The position numbers and the translations under genes are program-made. Below, in pieces: positions 47,384-60,157 of a DNA stretch of 64,000 bases; the first letter of the stretch is position 1, and each line of letters opens with the position of its first letter. The stretch is from Lophium mytilinum (lineage: Eukaryota), in the NCBI GenBank assembly GCA_010093605.1, contig MU004196.1:1200606-1264605 (forward strand). The letters run 5' to 3'. The notes under the pieces are model-generated. The model saw only the letters and a list, made by a program, of their open reading frames with translations, ran no database searches and was not told the DNA's origin.

Positions 47384-48799
47384 ATGAATCTGACAAAGAA
47401 GCCAAATCTTGGTATGTTGGATTTTAGTTACCTCTGGCAAAATAGCGTCGATGGTCTTAAGACCCTCTGGACCCGCAAGCCTACGTTTGAGGTCGAAGAC
47501 AGATCCTCGCAAACGACAAGTGCAACGACAAGCTCGGCGGATGAACCGATGCAGGATGTAAGCATTGCTGGGAATGATATTGAAGAAGGACCGAGCACAC
47601 CGCCCGATGTCGACTGGGTCTTCGCCGGAGAAACGGAAGACGATTACACTGCCGGACCAGCAAAAATGGTTGAAGCCAGTGATGGAACCAAGGCCTGTGC
47701 TGCAGTCGCGCTCTCTTTCGACCTGTCAAAGAAGATCCAGGATTCTCTGATGGGTAGGCGTATGCTCCAACAGCTGAGTTTCGAGATCGAGCAACAGCGC
47801 GATGAAATAGCGGCCGAAGAGCAGAAGCTGACGATTTTCATCCTGAGACAAGATCGCAAGGTTGAGACAATCGAGATCGAGGTGGAAGAAGCCGGCGGCG
47901 AGCCTACAGCTCAGCAACAGGACAAGATGCAAGAGCACCGGGCCGCTATTAGAGAGACCGAGAAGCAACGTGCGATGCTGAAGGAGAACGACGAGTTACT
48001 CGTGCAGCGATGGGAAGGCGCTAGGCAACAGCAAGAGATGCTGCAGAATGAGGTCAACGTCATTCTTGAAGATGTCTTCGTGACGTGCAATCTTTTGCCG
48101 CCAGTGATGTACAATGAGCCTTCCTTGGAGCAGCATGAAGGATTCTACGATGAGGAAGAACAACCCTCCTTCGATGATGCGAACGTGTTCGAGGCTCCTA
48201 CGCTTGGTAATACGACGGTCGCTGGTCAGAACGTTCTTCGAGTAGGCGATAATGCCCAGAACGCTGCCATTCAAGCAGGCACAAACCTCGAACATAGCCG
48301 TGGCGACCTGCTTCGGGCCCAGCGCAACTTCGATGCCTATCAATGCGGGTACAACCAAGACCTCCAAGCCTACCTCTCCTCACAAGTCAACCGTCCTTAC
48401 GATGATGTAAAGCTAGAGCATGATCTGCTACATCTCCAAAAAGGCCGACGTCTCACGGGAGAGCTCATACAAGCCGAGAAGCGATTTGAAGACGCCGAGA
48501 TCGAAGCCAAAGCAGCCGGCGTCTTTCCAGGCTATTACCAGGAGTCCAACTTCGCCGATTGCCCAGATGACGGATATCGCGAGGGCCAAGAACTCGAGAT
48601 CGCAGCGCGTGTAGACCGCAAGCGGATCGAGGAATGGTTAGAGAATGCTGAAGGCGATGGCATGAGTCCGCCGCCGGAGCCGGAGATGGATCAGTGGTCC
48701 GTTGACTCGGATAAGCCGTTTGATAGCATCAGCGTGCTTGCGGAAGGCCCTAACCGAAAGCAGATCGATCGGTGGCGGCAGGAGACTGGCCATTGTTGA
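47384..48799 (+). CDS. Acidic coiled-coil protein, copy 3
   Basis: Intronless 471 aa; EDDYTAGPAKM, EHDLLHLQKGR.LT, YYQESNFAD..DDGYRE, WSVDSDKPFDSISVLAE..RKQIDRWR. Confidence 0.85.
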   Translation: MNLTKKPNLGMLDFSYLWQNSVDGLKTLWTRKPTFEVEDRSSQTTSATTSSADEPMQDVSIAGNDIEEGPSTPPDVDWVFAGETEDDYTAGPAKMVEASDGTKACAAVALSFDLSKKIQDSLMGRRMLQQLSFEIEQQRDEIAAEEQKLTIFILRQDRKVETIEIEVEEAGGEPTAQQQDKMQEHRAAIRETEKQRAMLKENDELLVQRWEGARQQQEMLQNEVNVILEDVFVTCNLLPPVMYNEPSLEQHEGFYDEEEQPSFDDANVFEAPTLGNTTVAGQNVLRVGDNAQNAAIQAGTNLEHSRGDLLRAQRNFDAYQCGYNQDLQAYLSSQVNRPYDDVKLEHDLLHLQKGRRLTGELIQAEKRFEDAEIEAKAAGVFPGYYQESNFADCPDDGYREGQELEIAARVDRKRIEEWLENAEGDGMSPPPEPEMDQWSVDSDKPFDSISVLAEGPNRKQIDRWRQETGHC

Positions 48800-49129
48800 T
48801 TGACTTCCGCTTTCGAGCGAGGCTCCCAGCTTCTTATTGATGTCGTAGCGTTTTAGCGTCTTTGCGTTTGGGTTGAAAGCAAAAGCGCATTTATATTACC
48901 AGTTCAATCTGATCAACACTGATATCCCAATACTGAAACCCCGAAATGCGTCGCTTAGTGATCGAATGGATATCGACATGTGAATTCGTGGTAAAGCAGA
49001 GTGCTTAGTGTCGCCGTGATAGCCGCGCAAGTACTTTTCGGGGGTGTAGTTCTGGAGCGAGAGGCTCATTGGAATTGAGAAAATAGGCCATAAAGCGAAA
49101 AGTGATAGCGAAAAGGGTGAGACTACCTT

Positions 49130-51175
49130 TCAAACAAGAACAATATCCTCTGACACTAGCTGGCCGGATTTCCAGACCTCAATGATCTCGCCGCTCATCA
49201 TATCACGGACATAGCACTCGCCCACCAGTTGGTATTGGCTACTAGCTCCGTGGTATTCATAGTCCTGAAAAGCCGTGCGCAGGACAAATGGAGTTTCACC
49301 ACCTAGCAATATGGCGACACGATCGCCAACTTCCAGCGCTTCTGGTCCTAATCCCATGTATCCTTCTTCTGTAATGAACAAGCGACGGCGGTGGCAGAAC
49401 GCCAGTACGGTATTGAACATTCTAATGAATGAATCCGTAGAGAATTTCGCAGTATGAATCTCTCTCCAAATTTCATCAAACGAGAGAGCGGGATCGTGTT
49501 GTCGAGTCAGACTACAGAAGAAGTTGCACTTCGTTTCAAATTCCGTATCCATAACCGGTAAGTGCCTCGTAGTAGAAACGTTTGCCGTCATCACTCGAAC
49601 GATTACGTTTTCTAGAGATTCATGGTCGTCATGAGTTTAGACGCTACGTATGGACGATAGGAAGTCTCGGATTGCTGCGAACAACTGAACCACACCAGAA
49701 TCGTGTTCGACGTCTCTGTCCATGAACTGACTGCGCATCAATACTTGCGATACTATAACTCCATGCAGCCTGAGACTCGTATTATCAGGGCCGGGAAGCA
49801 ATCTGAATGCTTCATCGCCAGAAGCACCATAGAATTTTCTCTGTTTTTCGGATGACGAATTTATCGGTTCGAAATAAGGATCTCCAGGCCATGAACGAAC
49901 CCAAGTAGATACACTCCTCCGAGAGAGCGCTAATCCATGATTGACGAGTCCTAAAAATACTAAATCTCGCTTGATCTCTATGAATTGCTGAATTGTAGCT
50001 CGGAAAGCGTGTAGTGGATCAATCGAGTAGTCTGGCTCAATGTTTAGCTCTGGAAACAAGTCTAATATGCTGTATACCCGGTCGATGGGAAGTGCGCATT
50101 TGAACACGAAGTCTGAGGTGAAATAGTTCCAGATGTCTCTGTGGCTCTTGGTTGTATGGATCACATAGGCGGCATGCAGGCGTTGCATAGTCCTCGATCT
50201 ATTTCCAAGATGCAACATACCGTATTTCAAGGCTGCAGTGACAAGTTCCCGACGGCAGAGCCATGACGCAGCTGCCCCCACTATATCCCAAGGAATCTCC
50301 AGTTCACCGAGCAATACAAGTGCTTTAGTAGCCAAGACTACCTCTTGAATCACCCAGATTCTCTCGAACCACACTTTATCAAAGAAGTTCAGAAGGGCGA
50401 CCCACCGCCTATCGATGTAAGGGGGGTATCCCCATGGCGCTTCACTTGGATCATCCAACCTCGGATATGGATTATCGCTGAAATTAGGGTCCGCTTGTTC
50501 CTCTAAAGCTGCTGAAAGAATTGGCAACGCTTGCAACTCATTGCTAACGATCTCGCCGAGCCAAATGAGTACCGTCTGCGCCCTTTTGTAAATTGAACCC
50601 ATCATCTTTACTTGGTGCGACTTTTCCTCGTTGTTTTTCTGATCGATACACACAGCGTCGATCCAAAATATGCGCTCGGTGTTGATCCTGCCGTGGGTCC
50701 ACCGGTCTCTTTTCTGGCATATTGGATAGCGAGTAATCATTTCATCTATCTCGTGGGATGTTTCTTGCTCGGCTTGGGGTGTCTCTTCCTCGGCCTCTCG
50801 CGAGGACATTTCCCCTCGCGATCGATATCGCCGCCACATCTTTGCAATGGGACGTGAGCCTTTCGCAAGACTTCTTCGTAGAATGGAGCGTTCTTTGATA
50901 GGAGCATCGGGTAGTTGGGGTGACGGATTCAAAAAACGAAGACCTCGGAGTGCATCGAAGAGGTTGACACCAACGAAGACCTCGTGCCCGTTCAAGTTGA
51001 TTGATTTTTTAGGTTCTGGGGCACCCCAAACGTAGGATAGAGCCTCGTACTCTGGCGCTGAATCGAAAGGAAAGACTTTGAGCTCGCCGACAATGTCGTC
51101 CTGGTCAGCTCCGGCATAAAGATAAAGCAATCGAAACGAGCCCTTCGGCAAGGGGGTTTGGTAGAACCCGGCCAT
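49130..51175 (-). pseudogene. HET-domain (HET-6-like heterokaryon incompatibility) protein with an internal stop
   Basis: YEALSYVWG, FWIDAVCIDQ, QVKMMGSIY, WFERIWVIQE; C-terminal GYMGLGP...PFVLR...LVGECYV. The two ORFs share a frame and are separated by TAA at 49637-49639. Confidence 0.8.
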
Positions 51176-52163
51176 ATCATCGGGTCAATGAATTCTTGGG
51201 TCGGATGAGTTTAGGACGATGGAAAAAGGCGGGGCGTCTGAACTTACCTATGCTCTTATTGATGCGTCACAAGACTGAACCGTCAGGCTGAAATGTGAAG
51301 ATGCTGCGCCCCAAAAAGCCAAGATCGTCCAAGATTTAGAACCAATCGCATATCAGCTGAGCCTTCTCCGAACAGCGACAGCCTGAGCCTCTATCTTTTA
51401 TTTGAGGAAGGCTGGATTTGATGCATATACGGAGGTTTTGGTGTGGTGGGAGGCACCAGCTGCGGAGACACCCATGTTGTATGTACGGACGCCGGAGGAC
51501 TATTCTGACGGAGAATTGGAGATCGTCTTGAAGATCTGCGGTCTAAGCGTGCGAGAAAAAGAGAGATGATGTTTAGAGTTGGCTGACGTGGAGAATGCAG
51601 AGTGGAGGGTAGAAGGGCATTTAATACTCGGAGCTTTGGCACACTTGCTTGTCAAACCTTCACCACTTGGTTCTCCTATTAAAACACTAACCATAGTTTA
51701 AAGAACTTGCCTACGTATGCAATAGAGCTAATTATATCCCTCAGCATTTTCTTAGGGTCTATGTACATTGTCTTGTCGCCAAACCTCAAGAAGTGGCACG
51801 TCCTTATGTTTAAGAATTACCATGCCACCTCGTAAAAGATGTCCGACATGGTCCGATCGTAAAATTACTCAAGAATCACACCACCACCGCCCTCCAGGAA
51901 GCATCATCCACGCGCCCATTATGTTCACGGCCTCCAGCGCTGCCAATGCGCGGGAGGAAGCGGCATATAAGAGCTGCCAATGTCCCGTCATGTGCACCCT
52001 CCGTATTCTTCCTTCCGGCCATCAACCTTCACAGCAGCCTCCCTGAGCTCTACTTGTCTTAGATTTTGCGAATTATATCTTGCATTAAATCTTATACCCA
52101 TCAAACCGAGTGTTTATCTTTCTCTTGTGAAGATTTGAGCCTTTGGCCCGCCAATCAGCCACC

Positions 52164-53394
52164 ATGGCCCCTCCACAACGGCGTATCATGCAGCACATTG
52201 ACCGCAAGGAACTGTATACGAACCTCGAGACAAGAATACACTATTTGCACTCGTTCTTGGACTTCAGTTCTAGTACGATTAAATGGTCCATCCTTGCTGA
52301 CAACAAAATTGCTAACCATAATGAAAGACGATATCGAAGCCCTCATCGGTGGTGCCAAATACATCAAAGCCCTCATCCCCGCCATCGTCAACATCGTTTA
52401 CAAAAAGCTCCTCCAATATGACATTACCGCGCGTGCCTTCGAAACCCGCAGCACATCCTACGAAGGGCCGGTCGATCTGAGTCTGACCGAGGACTCGCCC
52501 CAGATACTGTACCGGAAGATGTTTCTACGTGGATACTTGAACAAACTATGCTCCGATCCCAGCAGGATGGAGTTCTGGGAGTATCTGGATAAAGTCGGGT
52601 AAGAGGAATTTTTCAGTTTTGCTGCGACCCCATGGAGTCCTCCAAAGCACCATACACGCCTGCAGAAACCACATACAGCTCGTTCGATTCACAGCGTAGC
52701 CTGCTTCAAAACCATACTCCAATCCACGCCCCTAGAACCTTGACATTCTCTCCTCTAAATCCTAGTTAGCCCTGGGGCGTCTTCCACAGCCATCCAACCC
52801 CGCAGCACCCATACAAACCGCTTCCAATCCACAGTCCCACTAACATTTCCCAGAATGATGCACGTCGGCCGCGGCCGCACCCACCCTTTGCACATCGAAT
52901 ACGTCCACATCGGCGTCACCCTCTCCTTCATCCAAGACGTGCTCACCGAAGCCCTCCTCTCACACCCGCGGCTGCAAATGTCACGAAAGATCGCTTTAGT
53001 AAAGGCGCTGGGCAAGGTCATCTGGATCCAGAACGACCTTTTCGCGAAATGGTACGTACGCGACGGCGACGAGTTCGCGGACGACATGCACGCGCCTGAG
53101 GTGGAGAAAGAGGGGTACCTGCACGGAAAGAAGGTGATTCATGACGGAAGTGAGAGCGAGAGCGAGGCGGAGTCTGAGACGGGCGGTGGGTGCCCCTTCA
53201 AGGGGATGGGGACGATGAATATTTCAGGCGATCCGCCTGCGAGGAGGCCTAAAGATAGTCCACCGCCGGTACCGGAAAAGGGGCCAGAAATGGCGGTCGC
53301 TTCGCCAGAAGCGCAGCTACCGGCTAGTCCGTCAACACCGACGCCGAATGCAAAACGGCTCTCTGTTGGGAGCGCGATTCCGAGGCCTGTTTAG
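52164..53394 (+). CDS. Protoglobin / globin-sensor domain protein, 2 introns
   Basis: RIHYLHSFLDFS|.DIEAL, VYKKLLQYDIT, FWEYLDKVG|MMHVG, KALGKVIWIQNDLF.KWY. Confidence 0.8.
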
Positions 53395-53569
53395 CTGCTG
53401 TTTGGCGTGCTTTGGTACGGTAATGGGTTGGTTATTTGGTTATTCACACATGTCAGAATGTCATTCTCAGACTTCAGCTTCCGCTTGGGCACGTGATTCG
53501 CATTCTTCTATTCTATGTATCTTACAAGACCCTCCAAACCGCCTCCAGCCCACTGTCGTTCTACCACAC

Positions 53570-55477
53570 TCAAACTTTGTTCTCACCGTCCTCGAATTGT
53601 TCAACACCTTCGCCATTAGTGGCGGCTTCCGGTGCAATTGGTGCTTTCACGCGCGTATCGACCCATTGGAGACCGAAACAAATCACGAAAGCTCCAATCC
53701 CTCCCGCCAGTTCAAGCCACTGTAACAACCGCTGTTAGTCCTCAAAAGGCCTACAAAGGGTCAGAACAGCTTACGAAAGTCTCCGTAATGGCCCCACTAT
53801 AGGCCCTCAGAACCGCCCTCAGCTTGTCCGGGAAATACTGTCCCACCACGCTGCGTATCTCCACATTGCCCGCCGTCAGTAGTTGACTAATTTGCACCGC
53901 GTCTAGACTCGCCCCTATCCGCAGGTTCTTGACCACCCCATTGTGGTAAAGTGCTGCGGCGATGGCCTGGAAGATCGCGTTCCCGAAGAACTGCCCAAAC
54001 ATGATCAATGAGATGGCGAGCGGGATGTCGGCTGGCTTGTCTTTGAGGATAGACGGGATCAAGAGCATGGGCATCTGCAGCGCGGAGCCCATGCCGAGGC
54101 CTTGGAGGACCTGGAAGGTGGCCCAGCGGTTGGCGTTGGTCCCGAAAGCGGTGAGGAGGGTGAAGAGACCGCTGGCGAGGCAGACGACGGCGGTGCCGAA
54201 GATCATGATGGGGTTTAGGTACTTTAGAAATCGGGCTGGGTGGGTTAGCGTTCGACAGTGTCTACAAGCGGTTGGGGGGACTACGAACCTAGGATCCCGG
54301 TGGTTATCATGGCGATTGTTTGCATGCCGACGGTAGGGAGCATCCGAATGCCGCTGGCGGTGGGACCGACTCCTTTGACGACTTGAAACCATTCGGGGAG
54401 ATAGTAGGTAGGTACGACGTTTGTGCCGCCAAGGAAGACGATGTAGAAGAAGCAGACGTAGATGGAGCGCCGCTTCATCAGCGAGAAGGGGATCATAGCC
54501 GTGTCCCCCCGATACTTCTCCCAGGCGAAGAACAGCACCGCAACGACCGCAAACCCAACGAACAGCCCAATGATCGTCGCAGAACCCCAGGCATACTCAT
54601 TCCCACCCCACTGCAACGCCAGAAACAGCATAACCATCGACCCAGCGAAGAGCACGCACCCGCCCAAATCCAGCAACTGAATCTTCTGCACCACCGACCG
54701 CCCCTGCGGCAGCTCTTCCCTCGGCGGATGCAGAAACACAAGGAGCACCGCAATCGTGACCGCCCCCGTCGGCAGATTGATATAAAAACACCACCGCCAG
54801 CTCACGTGCTCCGTCAACGCGCCCCCGATAATCGGCGACACGACCAGCCCAATCGACATCACGCTCATCACCATGCCCATGAAGAGCGCGCGCAGCGCCG
54901 GCGGCGACACGATGGTCACGATGGACATGCCACCGGACGCGATGCCCGCGGAGCCGATGCCCGCGATGGCGCGCCCGACGATGAACATGCTGGAGCTGGT
55001 CGCGGCGCCGCAGATCAGCGAGCCGAGGAGGAAGGTGGTGAAGAAGGCTTGGAAGACCCAGCGCAGGGGGAAGATGGTGGCGAGTTTGCCGGTAAGGGGT
55101 TGCAGTGCGCAGGTGCTGAGGGGGTAGGCGGCGCCGTACCAGCCGATGTCGGCGGTGGTGTGGAAGTGGGAGGTTATGGAGGGGATGGCCTGGGGGTGGG
55201 AGGTTAGCGACGGGATTAGGAGGGTTTGTTTTGCTGTCTTTTGGGTATGGCTGGGCGATGTTGGATGGGTTTGAATGCGAGGTTTGGAGGGGAGAGGGCT
55301 TACTGTTGCGATGACGGCGATGTCGAGGCAGGAAAGGAAGCCCGCGAGGCAGACTGCGGCTACGACGCTGTAGAGCTTGACGCTTGTCAGGTATTGGGGC
55401 TCGCCTTTCATCTTGACTTCGATAGCAGTTGCCGTTGCAGTGCCATCTGACGCCGTGCTTTCTTTGGAGTCGTCCAT
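53570..55477 (-). CDS. MFS efflux transporter (DHA2 / 14-TMS type), multi-exon
   Basis: LDIAVIAT|AIPSIT..F....DIGWYG, LQPLTGKL, GRAIAGIG, WRWCFYINLP, LALQWGG; last exon ends ENKV* at 53570. Confidence 0.9.
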
Positions 55478-56638
55478 GGAGGATAGACAGGTCGAATGCG
55501 CGGAGCAGAGAAAAGAGAGCGATGGAATCGAGATAGAAGACCTGCGAGAGGAAAATACGCGCTATACACAAAGTCAATTCTGAGTCTGCCAATTTAGCAT
55601 CAGGATGGAGCTGTGTTTACCTTTTCGAATACTCGCGTCTAGTCAGTGTAGTTGCCGTCTAGGCGATCATGGTCGGCGCTGGTGTGTGAATTGAGTCCGA
55701 GGGGCTGCAAACAGAAGCATCAATATTTGTCCTACGAATTGAAGTGAGAGAATGTTGTTGTTGTCGTCCATACATACATAGTACGTTGAACGACTGCCTG
55801 ATAAAAGAAAGGGTTGCCGACTCCGACTCCGAGTCCTAGTCAATGCTTCCACAACATTGCAAGCCTCGTTTTAGCGAACCAAACAGAGCGCACAGAAAAT
55901 ATCCTGGCTCCATTATTTTGCCGGGAACTTGGGGCTAAATCCGCCGCACTGGGAGATTTGTATGCTGGACGCTCTTGGCTTGCAGATCTTGTGGCATCGA
56001 TTAGGCAGACATGTTGAGAAAAAGCATGTCAGATTTCCGAAAACGAAAGTTGAGGCATGGTTGAAGGAATGCAAGATCTTAGAACGGATGCAAACGAACG
56101 AGCTGTTAGGTTAGGTCTACCGTCCAAGGACTGAGCCTTGAGGCAAAATCGATTCTACTTGTACTTCATACCTGTACCTTGCATTACGCTACTGTCAATT
56201 AATACTAGTCAGTTTACAGCTCCCCGGTTACTCGAGTTTCAGGGGTTCGTCTCTCAAGTCCCAGGGCTGGAGTGTCACCCTCTCCAGAAATTTATCTCGT
56301 CAAGCAAAAGTTGATCAGGTAGGTCCTAGAAGATATTGAAGAAGGAATGACGTGAAAGCATAAACTTTATCCGAGATACTCTTTGCAGTCAGCGTTGCGC
56401 TCCATAAAAGACGGTATACTCGACTTATCAAGTCCAACAGAGGCGTTTTGACGCATGCAAAAGATGGTTGGAGATCTTGTCTTGAGGCAGGCATCTTGTG
56501 GATGATCTTCCACCTTCCTATCAATAGCCAGTTCCCCGTCAACACGACAGCTTTAGGCACCACACCTGGCCTTGATTGCTGTTCCTTCCTAGCTCTGGTA
56601 TCAAGGGTAGCTATATTTCGTGGCGCTAGTACAGATTC

Positions 56639-58878
56639 ATGCTAGTCGATTCACAAGCGCTCGCTTACTCGCCTGTTACCTCCCTCCAGAGCTCCGACTC
56701 CGTCTCCGATACGTCCACACCATCGCGCTACACCCCTTCGGCGACAACGGCGACAATGAACAGGGCTTCGCGGCGGAGAGTATGCAACCGGTGCGGCGAG
56801 CTGAAAGTCAGATGCACACTTCCAGAGGGTAGTGATACCTGCGAGCGGTGTGCAAGGCTAGGTCATCAATGCGTCTTTGTAAAGCCTGCTCGAACTCAGG
56901 CTCCTTCAAAGAGGTACGAGAGCGATCCGACCTGATTCGTCGAACGAGGACATTTGCTAAGCAACTGCCTGCAGAAAGGACCGCATCGACCAACTCCAGG
57001 ACCAGGTTGACAGCTTAGCGAACGAATTGGCTCTAAGGGTACGTCGCCAACCTGTCTTACTCTATGATGGATGGTAGAATAACAATGATGTTTACAGAGA
57101 CGTGAAGAGAAATCCATCGGATCGCCATCTGCTGCTGCTATAGCCGAACAACGTTACCAATCCCGAGGGCAACACTTGCTGGACTCGACTCCCAATCAAT
57201 CACCCCGTCCTACTCTATTAGGCGAGCCGCAGAATGCCATCGCCCAGTCGCATGACGTCTTCTCACGCGGATTTCTTACCATCAGTGCTGGTGACAAACT
57301 GATAGCGAAATTCCAGACAGTCAAAATGCCACTGTTTCCTTTCGTAATCATCCCGCCGGATTCAACGGTCTTTTCTCTTCGTCTAGAGTACCCGTTCTTA
57401 CTCCTAGCCATCTTGACAGCCTCGACTGAAGACGACCGACCGTTACAGAGGAAGCTAGAGACTGAGTTCAGGACTACCATATGCAACCGCTTGGTCATGA
57501 CTGATGAGAGGAATATGGACTTGCTCTTGGGACTCCTCGTTCACGTCGCTTGGCACCATTACCACTTCGAAACTGTGCGACGTCAGCTGTACATGATTAC
57601 GCAAATGGCTATTTCGATCGTTGTGGATCTGGGGCTTGACAGGGACCACAACTTCGGGCTACGGGATATCGCCGCGGAAGTGCAAGGGCACCTACAAGAA
57701 GATGACAATGCAGAGGCACGACGTCATACTCATGCCGAGAAACGAGCTCTTCTAGGTTGCTACTATTTATACTCTGTGTAAGTATCCTTCCAAGAAATCT
57801 TAGTCGTGAGCGATGCTAACACCATTTCAGGTCTTCAATATTTCGGAAGCAACTGTACATGAGACATACCGAGTGGATCGGCCGGTGTTGCGAAGATCTT
57901 GCAGCTCGACCGGAGTATCCCTCCGACGTATATCTGAAAACGTTCATCGATATTCAGCTCCTGTCAAGAGGTACTGAAGATATCATCAACGGCCAAGATA
58001 TCTTGCGCGGCATGAGCCACGTTGACGCACCTTTTGAGTGGCACCGCCAACTCAGCGACGTTAAAGAGTTCGGCGAACAGATCCTTGCGCGACACGCTCA
58101 AGATGATCCCAATATTCCACGTGAGTTCCTTGGCTTTGTCTCCTGATTACCATCCCGACATTCCTAACCTCGAATAGAGTCGCTACTACGTGAACTCCAA
58201 GCCATCCCGATCTACATCAACAAAAGCTTTCTCCTCCGAAAAACTACAATAATCTCTCTCTACCACCCCGAGTCGAAACTTCCGCTAGATTTGATCATGA
58301 GAGACCTCTTCTCTGGCGCCTTAAACTGCGTAAGGACAATGTGCGAACTCCCTCACGACGTCGTCCCCCACCTCCCACAAACCTGTCACACTATGATCTG
58401 GTACAGCCTCCTAGCAGCCACAGAGATAGCCTTGTCGTCTTCAAACAGCGGCGCCAGCAACCACGAAGTCAAGCTCATCTACGACCTAGCCGTCGAAGCC
58501 AACGCTCTCCATAAGAGCCTCTCCGTCGGTAATGATGTATGGGCCATCTCCCAACGCGCAATCGGCTTTGTTATCTCGTGGCTTGAGCGATACGAAGCAC
58601 AGGGTCTGCAACGTCGGCCCCCTAAAGAGGGTAGTAGCCATCCAAGACCGGATCCAGGCTTACCGAGGGTAGCCAATCCTGCGAATAGCGGGCATAGCCT
58701 ACCTACGTGGGAGAATATGGATGCGGCGAATATCGATCCAGAAGCTTTCCATGGACCGGCTTGGGATGAGGTTATGCAGAATATGTTGATAGACGACTTT
58801 TTCCCGTGGGACATGAACGGACAGCTGCCGTTGCCACAGACTATGGGAGGCTCTGGGGCTTGGTCGAGTGGATTGTAG
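56639..58878 (+). CDS. Zn(II)2Cys6 transcription factor, multi-exon (alternative start 56756)
   Basis: CNRCGELKVRC...CERCARLGHQC; middle region FPFVIIP, PFLLLAIL, KRALLGCYYL. Confidence 0.88.
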
Positions 58879-59085
58879 GATACTAGTCAATGAAGCGATT
58901 TGGTTCCTCCGTGGTAGCTTATGGAAACTTCTGGGGCATGGTGAAGTGGATTGTAGGATAGTAGTCAATGGTCTCATTTGGTTTCAAAGGGGTAGTCATG
59001 ACAAACCCCATGGTTTCTAGGAATAGAATGTATACATACTCACAGAGAAGTCGCCTTGATTCGCGATTCAAAACAGCTTTTGCCA

Positions 59086-60157
59086 TTACAATGGCGGCGT
59101 ATCAGCAAACAAAGCTGACACCATTGCCGGAGGATACCGCTCTCCATGCACCTCCGCCGCCTCACTCGCATCTCGAATCCTCTTCGCCTCCTGTTCCGAG
59201 AGCTTGATCTTCAAGCTCGCCACATTCTCCTCTACTCTAGCAACGTTCGTCGTGCCCGGAATAGGAAAAACATCATCCCCTTGACTCAACAACCACGCCA
59301 GCGTAATCTGGCTCCCCGTCACCCCCTTGTCCTTCGCCACCTCCAGAATCTGATCCACCAGCTTAAAATTCTTATCAAAATTCTCCTCCGAAAACCGCGG
59401 CATCATCGCGCGAAAATCGCCCTCCCCAAAATCCGCGCGGCTCTTGATCGCCCCGGACAAAATCCCCCGCCCAATCGGCGAATACGCCACCACCGCGACC
59501 CCCAGCTCGCGCGCCGTCGCCAGCAGCCCGATGCGCGGGTCCTCGATATCCAGCGCGAACGGCGAGTACTCGAGCTGCACGGCCGTGATGGGGTGGACGG
59601 CGTGCGCGCGCCGCAGCGACTCGGCGCTGCATTCCGAGAGGCCGAGGTGGCGGATCTTGCCCTCTGCTTTGAGCTCTGCGAGCGCTTGCACGGTTTTCTC
59701 GATGGGGGTTTTGCGGTCGAGGCGGTGTACGTAGTAGAGGTCGATGTGGTCGACGCCGAGACGCTTGAGGCTGCGCGCGCAGGCTTGCTTGGCGTATTCT
59801 GGGGAGCTGCAGTTTTCGGTGTGGCCGGAGTCTTTGATGGGCGCGGCGAATTTGGTGGCGAGGAAGATGTTGGCGCGGCGGTCTGGGTTTTTCGCGAAGT
59901 ACTTGCCGAGCATGTCTTCGTTGTCGTTGTAGACGTCGGCTGGAGGGGAGGTTAGTCATTGGGAGGTTAGGAAGTGGAGTGGGGAGTTTACCAGAGTCCC
60001 AGAATCGGTAGCCGAGCTCGTAGGCTTTGTCGAGGACTGCGAAGCGCTCTGTGTCTGGCTTTGGGGTGCCGTAGTAGGCGCTCAAACCCATAAGGCCGAA
60101 ACCGAGGCGGGGGACTTGGGGGCCGCCTTTGCCTAGGGGTGCTGTGGGAAGAGACAT
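59086..60157 (-). CDS. Aldo-keto reductase (YakC-like), 1 intron
   Basis: LGFGLMGLS, FWDS|ADVY, IFLATKF, IDLYYVHR, LGLSE, AYSPIGRG, PIPGT. Confidence 0.93.

Noticed and set aside
54320..55592. Long ORFs of 295 aa (+) and 331 aa (-) overlapping the MFS gene
   Set aside because: Antisense or alternate-frame shadows of GC-rich coding sequence; Arg/His/Pro-rich with no motifs.
59146..59955. 269 aa plus-strand ORF
   Set aside because: Antisense shadow of the aldo-keto reductase.
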